From contig CM022666.1 of NCBI GenBank assembly GCA_012295275.1, positions 930,001 to 994,000 of the forward strand: DNA of 64,000 nt, written 5' to 3'. This stretch comes from Chrysomallon squamiferum. Its lineage: Eukaryota; Animalia; Mollusca. This document shows, piece after piece, positions 57,345 through 64,000 of the stretch. The notes below the pieces were generated by a model that did not search any database, was not told where the DNA came from, and saw nothing but the letters and a program-made list of their open reading frames with translations. The position numbers and the translations under genes were made by a program. The first letter of the stretch is position 1, and every line of letters begins with the position of its first letter.

Positions 57345-58681
57345 GTAAGTTTCCTCATCATTCTTGCTGCATTTTATTTTTTTGTTTATTTTATATTATT
57401 ATCTGATCAGTCATTTAGTGAATTTATGTTGGCTAAAAAAAATCAGACCATGTTTGTTTCTCACAAGATTAAACTGAATGTAGTAAATGCCATCTCCCCC
57501 TTCAGATGCCTTGACAGGTCTGTGTGCTTAAACATTACCATGATTAAACAGCCACACTAGGCACATAGAGTCCAAACATGGCACCGTTAACAGATTCAGG
57601 CATTTTGAAGACTTTGTCAATGACAGTACATTTACCAGCAATTCTTGGAATCAGCCAAGCTAACATAACATGATAGAAACAGGACTGGATCCATTGTCTG
57701 TCCAAAACTACATTGTTGTAATGGCTACTAGACTGCATAGCCTTTTAAGACAATGAATATCTTAATGTGTGTCATGCTTGCCGGCTTCAAGAGGTTAAAG
57801 TATCAGTAATTACTGTTAATCACTTTATTGGCAGAATGATTAGAAAGTGTTCATTAATCTGGAATTGAAACGAGCCAAGAGCGGAATCCGTTTGTTGATC
57901 TGATTTGAATTGTGTGGATTTCAATAACATTCGATTACCAGGAGTTTCTCTTGCTGATTTAATATTAGCTTCAGACTTCGTTACTTCTCTGTGTATCCTC
58001 GGGAAGTTCGGCCTGCTTCAATAACAGTCTGCCAGTGAAAAGGCTGGACATTTAAGTAGCTGTGTAATAAGAATTAAACCTTGACCAGGAAATAGCTGAA
58101 GGTTATCAGAAACCCCGAAGCCAACATAGCTGTACAGATTTTTCTTGACATTAGTCATGGTGATGAGGATGTGCACAGTTTGTCCAGGGACATGTTATTG
58201 TTATGATTGTCATTTTGTTGTGGACATACCCTGTCTGTGTTTTCTTTCACAAGCATGTAGAGCCTGTGATGTGATAACAAATACAAATTAATATTAAAAA
58301 CTGTTATATGTATAAGTATTCTGGAATTATTCAGTATTATTACCATCAGCACCACCACAAATCACCACTACAGTTATTACTACTACTACTACTACAATGA
58401 ATACCATTACTACTATAACAACTACTATTTCTGTAATAGCTACTACCATTACTATTATTACATGAACCATTACTGTTATTATTACTATTACTACCACTGC
58501 AACAGTACTACTATTATATCTATTATTATTATTGTTATTATTATTATTGTTGTTGTTGTTATTATTATTATTATTTCCTATTGACATGAATTATAACAAC
58601 AGTATGCTGTGTAGGACTTTCCTCCACTTGATTTTATTATTTTTCAATGACAGAAATAGATATATTAAATATTTTGTTCAT

Positions 58682-58750
58682 TAGACAAGAAAGCACACAC
58701 CTCATCCTTTGACAAACTTTACCAGGCAGTGGTTAGATTGGGACATTACT
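58682..58750 (-). mobile_element. Decayed SINE core fragment
   Basis: agacaagaaagcacacacctcatcctttgacaaac...gcagtggttagattgggaca aligns by eye with the copies at 7140 and 60785. Confidence 0.45.
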
Positions 58751-59223
58751 AGACAAAAAAAGATTCATTCTCTGTATATTCTAACTTGTACTGTGTGTCT
58801 TTTTAAATCAGACTTGCCTGTATGTAGTATCACTGAGAACTGAATTGTATATAAAATAAAACCATTGACAGAGGTTAGCGAGGATCTGACAGTGTAATTA
58901 AATCCAGGTTTAGTTATAACAGTGTAATTAGGTCAGTGTAATTGTGTTGTGTGTGTCTTGATTGGTTTACTGTGACACTGCTATCTCACACAGACATCTC
59001 ACTATTTATTCTCACAGTGTAGATTGCTCAGTCTACTTCAGTGATCAGGGATTTTGAAGTAATCCAGTGTTGATGGTAAATTAATTTTATGACAGATTTT
59101 GTGTTCGGTTGTGCTCGTCTGCTAATTTTATACAGATTCTGTAACAGCCATGTTTGATCAGCCGGTTATTGAATTTTACTTTAAATAAAAATATTTTTAA
59201 AGTTTTAGGGTTTTTTTTATTTT

Positions 59224-59274
<51 letters not shown>

Positions 59275-60782
59275 CACTATCACAACTATCATTTTGTATC
59301 AGAAAACGTTTATCATATTAAACCATGAACTCATTTTCTGGAACATTGTTTGCATGTGCATGTATGTGTTGTGTGTGTGTATGTGTGGGATGTGTATGTG
59401 AGAAAGAAAGTGAATGTATGTGGGAATATGCATGTGTATGTTTGGGCATAAATGTCATGGTGTCTGCATCATATGCATTGGTGTGCATGGATCGTATAAT
59501 TTTCTCGTTTTTTAAAAATTTATTATAATAACCAAGAACTGTAGAGAGATGGGACTTGCTACATCTTGTTAGTTTTCTTTTCATTTTCTCCTTTCTACAA
59601 CATCTCCACCAAATTCTCTTTTCACAAGTGTCTGGCTAAACAATATAAATTTCTTCATCTTCAAATCAAATGCATGATTAAAATAAATATTAATTTGTTT
59701 TAAATATTATTTGTTTTGACTGTCCACAGTTTGAAATCTGACTCGCTGTGTGTTTGGTTAGCTAATAATCCAGTCTGTTCTCTGCATGTACATGACTGGA
59801 ATTTCACTCTGCAATTGCAAAACCATGAATTTTTTAATGTCCATTTTTAACTCCCAGAACTAAGTCAGTTTATTTAAAGCTAATTATTATTTATTTCAGG
59901 ACAGTTTGAAATTGAGGCATGTTGTTTGTAAAATCAACACATGCTTGTAATTTTGATAGATAATCTTAATTTTGATTATTAAAAATCAGTAGGGTTTGTA
60001 ATTTACTTTATACTGATAAATAATCTAGCACTTTCCTAAATTTATATGATGTTTTTAAATAAAAAATGTATTTAGATTTTTATTATTATTTTAAATATAT
60101 ATATATAATTATTAAATATTGATAATTTTTTTTATTTAACTTAACAATAAAAAATGAAATATATATATATATACAAATACATATATTAGTATAAACACAT
60201 ACACAGACATGAATACATACATATAAAAATGTATACACACACAAACATATATATGTCCATTTACTACTAACACACACACACATACATACATACATTTTTT
60301 ACATTATTTATATGCTAAACATATACACAGACAAGAATGTACTAAAAGAATGTTATAATTTCTACACATATTTTAGGGATATATATGTCCATTTACTTAC
60401 TAAATTATAATTTTTCATTAAGACATTTTAAATCATTTTTTATATTAATTATTTATATTCATGATCAAGTGTTTCAAAGGGAAAAAAAAAAAAAAAAACA
60501 AGGTCCATCTAATTTATTTTTTTTTAAAAAAAATATATTCATCAGAATATATTCTTAAAATTGAAAAATTATATTTTTACAAATGAAAAAATCTATTTTT
60601 AAAAAATATATCATATCAAATGTATTAGTGATATTTTTTTCCATTTTTTCATGTTCAAATGAAAATTCATTTAGAAAAAAAAATTAATTAAAATAAAAAA
60701 ATTAATATTAAAATTTTTAAAATACAAATGAAAACATTAATTTTAATACTTTTATATTTTTTGACAAAGAATCTTTTTATAA

Positions 60783-60945
60783 ACACCACAGAAAACACAT
60801 ACCCACAATCTTTGATAAACCATTTGTGGAGCTCTGATTGGAATAGGAAATAGTCCCCCCAAAAAATAACGTTTACCCAATGAAAAAAAATATCCTACAA
60901 CTGTTTTATGTTTGAGGCCAGACTTATATCATGAAGCTACAGGCA
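60783..60945 (-). mobile_element. Decayed tRNA-derived SINE (core and head)
   Basis: cagaaaacacatacccacaatctttgataaaccatttgtggagctctgattggaataggaaatagtccc, followed by ttatatcatgaagctaca, which resembles the reverse complement of the A-box head. Confidence 0.6.
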
Positions 60946-61543
60946 ACGTCAAAACCAAAAATGAAAAATAAATTTGTTTTATTTTTATTTTGATTAATGG
61001 TTTTCTGACCTAGAACTAGGTAAATGATGCATTCAGTGTGTAGGATGAAGATGACTGTTATTTTCAGAGCAGGCTGACAGTTAGTGTTCAAATACATGAT
61101 TCTGCTAATGGCTTGAAATAGTGCTGGAGTGTCATTAAATATTCATTCATTCATTTATTCATTTATTCAGTTGGAAATTGCCCTTTTTCACAAGAAATGG
61201 TGTGGCTTGTTCATTTATTTATTTATTTTTATTTATTTATTTATTTATATATTTATTTATTTATTTATTTATTATTATTATTATTAATAGTAGTAGTAGT
61301 AGTTATTATTATTAGTAGTAGTAGTTGCAGTAGTAGTAGTAGCAGTAGTAGCAGTAGTGGTAGCATTAGTTGTAGTAATATTAGTTGTAATAATGGTAGT
61401 TGTAGTAACACCAGTTTATTGCTTGAGATGAATCATTTTAATGACAGTCATTTTATATATTTGTGTATAATTATTTTGTAATTATCACAATCATTCACTG
61501 ACACTTATTTATTTCTGGTAGCAGTGTGCATGCATTTATTAGT

Positions 61544-61574
<31 letters not shown>

Positions 61575-62589
61575 AAACGTTATGTAAACTAATTGTTACA
61601 AATTAAATTACAAAAATTAAAATAAATAAATAAGAAATAAAACTGACATTTAATATGACATCATATGATATGATGACATCTTATTTATTTCATGTGTATA
61701 ACAACAACAACAACATCTGATTAAGCACACTTAAACTTACAACAGCAACAACATCCTCAACAAGCCTTAGAACCATAACAGTAAAATACAATAAACACTT
61801 CTTCTCACTCTCTGACATTCAGTTTTTGTTTTCCCTTCCCCCCTCTCTCTCTCTCTCTCTCTTTCTTTCTGTCTCTCTCTCTGTATGTGTCTATTTTTTC
61901 TCTTTATTTTTTTCTTCCACTTGCTTTCAGACTGTTTCTTTTTTGCTTTCTCTTTCTATCTTTCTCACACCTTCTCTCCCAGTATTGCAATGTCTAAATT
62001 TGACGTGTCATTCTTTTTCTATCCATCTACTGATCAACATCTGTGTTGGTATTTATGTTTCTCCACTGTCCTTTCCTGTCTTGTTTTTTCCATATAGCAG
62101 TACATATTTTCTTCAGTCATAAAAAAAGTATTCATTTATCTACATACACTCATCCTAAAAATAAATTCATAAACATACATTGACAACACTGATGTCAGTT
62201 TAAGATCTGTGAATGAACCTAATTAAAAGATTCAAACACATAAATCTTTATGAAGACTCTCACTTTTTTCATACATTCATCCTTTTTTATTCTTCCTGTC
62301 TTTTTTGTGTCTGTTCTGTATCATATTTTCATTTTGCATATCTTAGTTTTTCTGGATTTTTTTCTCTGAATACTCATAAAAAATTAACATTAAGGTTAAA
62401 AACTGTACTCATTTCACTGAACTGAATATGATTCATACTAAAATAGATATATGAACTTTGACAACATCATTGACACTTTGATTAAGATCTCAGAATAAAA
62501 CCCATTACAAGACTTGTACACTGGAATATACATGAATCTTTCAGATTTGTTTTTCTCTCATTCTTTTTCTACTTCTGTCTTCTCCTCTG

Positions 62590-62960
62590 TCCATTTATGT
62601 ATGTGGCTCTCTTTCTGTATATCTGACTTTCTGTCTATTTCTCTGTACCTCACTTTCTCTCTTTCTCTGACTTTCTCTATATCTCACTTTTTCTTTTTCA
62701 GCACTTTCTCTTTCTCTGTATCTCATTCTCTCTGTATCTCACTTTCTCTCTTTCTCTGTATCTCACTTTCTCAGACTTTCTCTGTATCTTACTTTTCTTT
62801 CTCTGTATCTCTGTATCTCTCTTTCTCTGTATCTCATTTTCTCTGTATCTCACTTTTCAGTCTTTCTCTTTATCTCACTTTCTCTCTTTCTCTGTATCTC
62901 ACTTTAGTCTTTCTCTGTATCTCACTTTCTCTTTCTCTGTATCTCACTTTCTCTGACTTT
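62590..62960. repeat. CT-rich degenerate minisatellite with core tctctgtatctcactt
   Basis: Repeated tctctgtatctcactttc motifs, which account for the 192-aa S/L/F-rich ORF. Confidence 0.9.
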
Positions 62961-63565
62961 CACCTTGTCACTCTTTCTCTGTCCTCCCATCTACAAATCT
63001 GTGTTCATTGCTTCTTTTCTCTTTTACACCGAAACACATTTCACATCAATCACAAAAATCATATTTCTCAGAACTGCGTACACTTGCACTAAAACAAAAT
63101 CACACATATATATATATATATACACAGAGTGGTGACAGTTTGATTAAGATTTCTGAATAAAACCCATTACGAGATTTGTACATGTAAATACACACGAACC
63201 TTTCTGGAGCTTCAGTAGATAGATCATTCATATTTGTAATCAAATATCGATTGAGTGATTTCGTGTCTGCGAAATGCACCAACACTAATATAAATTTGCG
63301 AAGAAGACGCTGCCGTGTTTGTCTGTTTGTTGTTAACTCTTTGACAGCTAGCGTCTGTCTCTGTGATGTGAAAACAACTTTATATTGGAAAGTGGACAGG
63401 AAGATATCGTTCTGCTGTCATCAAGGGTCAGTGTTGTTGCTTTGTTATTAACTCCAGAGAAAGTCCGGGGCTTGATGTAAAATCTTTTTGTCATCTCAGG
63501 ATTTCCACGTATATGAATAATACTTTATTAGAATGGAGCAAGAAATAATGATAATAACAAAATTT

Positions 63566-63587
63566 AAATAAATAAATAAATAAATAA

Positions 63588-63661
<74 letters not shown>

Positions 63662-63710
63662 AATACTACTACTACTACTACTACTACTACTAATAATAAT
63701 AATAATAATG
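63566..63710. repeat. Compound (TAAA)n-(CAA)n-(TAC)n-(TAA)n microsatellite
   Basis: Direct reading of the sequence. Confidence 0.97.
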
Positions 63711-64000
63711 AACATTATTAATTTAAATCATAAACAGCAACATCAAAATTATGTGTATGAGATTCAGAATTTGCTAAAGTATTTTTCTGTTTCAGAAAGA
63801 ATGTTACAAACAGAAAATATTTTATATTTCACATCTGGATCACTACTAGTAAAAATAAAATGTTGATTAATCTGTTATTTAAATTACCTTGTATACAAAT
63901 TAAAAATATATTTTTTCAAGGCAGACTTTTAAAAAAAAAATACTGAGTGCATTATTAAAATTTTATATTCCATGATACCTAAACACTAAAAACATTTTTT

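Larger units (their letters stand above)
57345..64000 (+). other. CASK intron after exon 2, continuing beyond the window
   Basis: Starts with GTAAGT. I found no sequence encoding the expected next exon (DLKREASICHMLKHPHIV-like) before the window end. Confidence 0.8.

Noticed and set aside
57206-57406. 66-aa ORF treated as a complete gene
   Set aside because: Only 57232-57344 is exonic. The poly-Cys start is the (TTG)n acceptor tract and the tail is intron.
59350-59790. Cluster of TGCATG (Rbfox) motifs downstream of exon 2
   Set aside because: Most lie inside a TG/TATG-rich degenerate microsatellite where the hexamer arises by chance, about 2 kb from the exon.
62514-63092. 192-aa ORF, the longest in the track
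   Set aside because: It is a translation of a stop-poor CT-rich repeat, S/L/F low-complexity, with a non-ATG start.

Overview
This is AT-rich, microsatellite-dense eukaryotic DNA and is almost entirely intronic. It is probably a gastropod or other mollusc, judged only from a SINE family I recognise from memory. One coding exon is unambiguous: a 113-nt + strand exon at 57232-57344 encoding [37 protein letters not shown], the second coding exon of the MAGUK scaffold CASK/LIN-2 (CaMK-like domain). I could not find the canonical first exon (MADDD...IGK) or exon 3 in the window. The best lead is a CpG-richer island at about 30450-31157. It ends in a 134-nt ORF (31018-31151) with a phase-2 GT donor that splices in frame onto the CASK exon, so it may be an alternative first exon giving a Cys-rich N-terminus and a disrupted glycine-rich loop. 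The rest of the window holds decayed copies of a tRNA-derived SINE (one with its tRNA-like head tandemly amplified), several minisatellites (15, 34, 46, ~72, 77, 85 and ~175 bp units), a 110-bp near-perfect palindrome and many microsatellites. Nearly all ORFs in the supplied track are low-complexity artefacts. I see no prokaryotic systems, CRISPR arrays or intact RNA genes.
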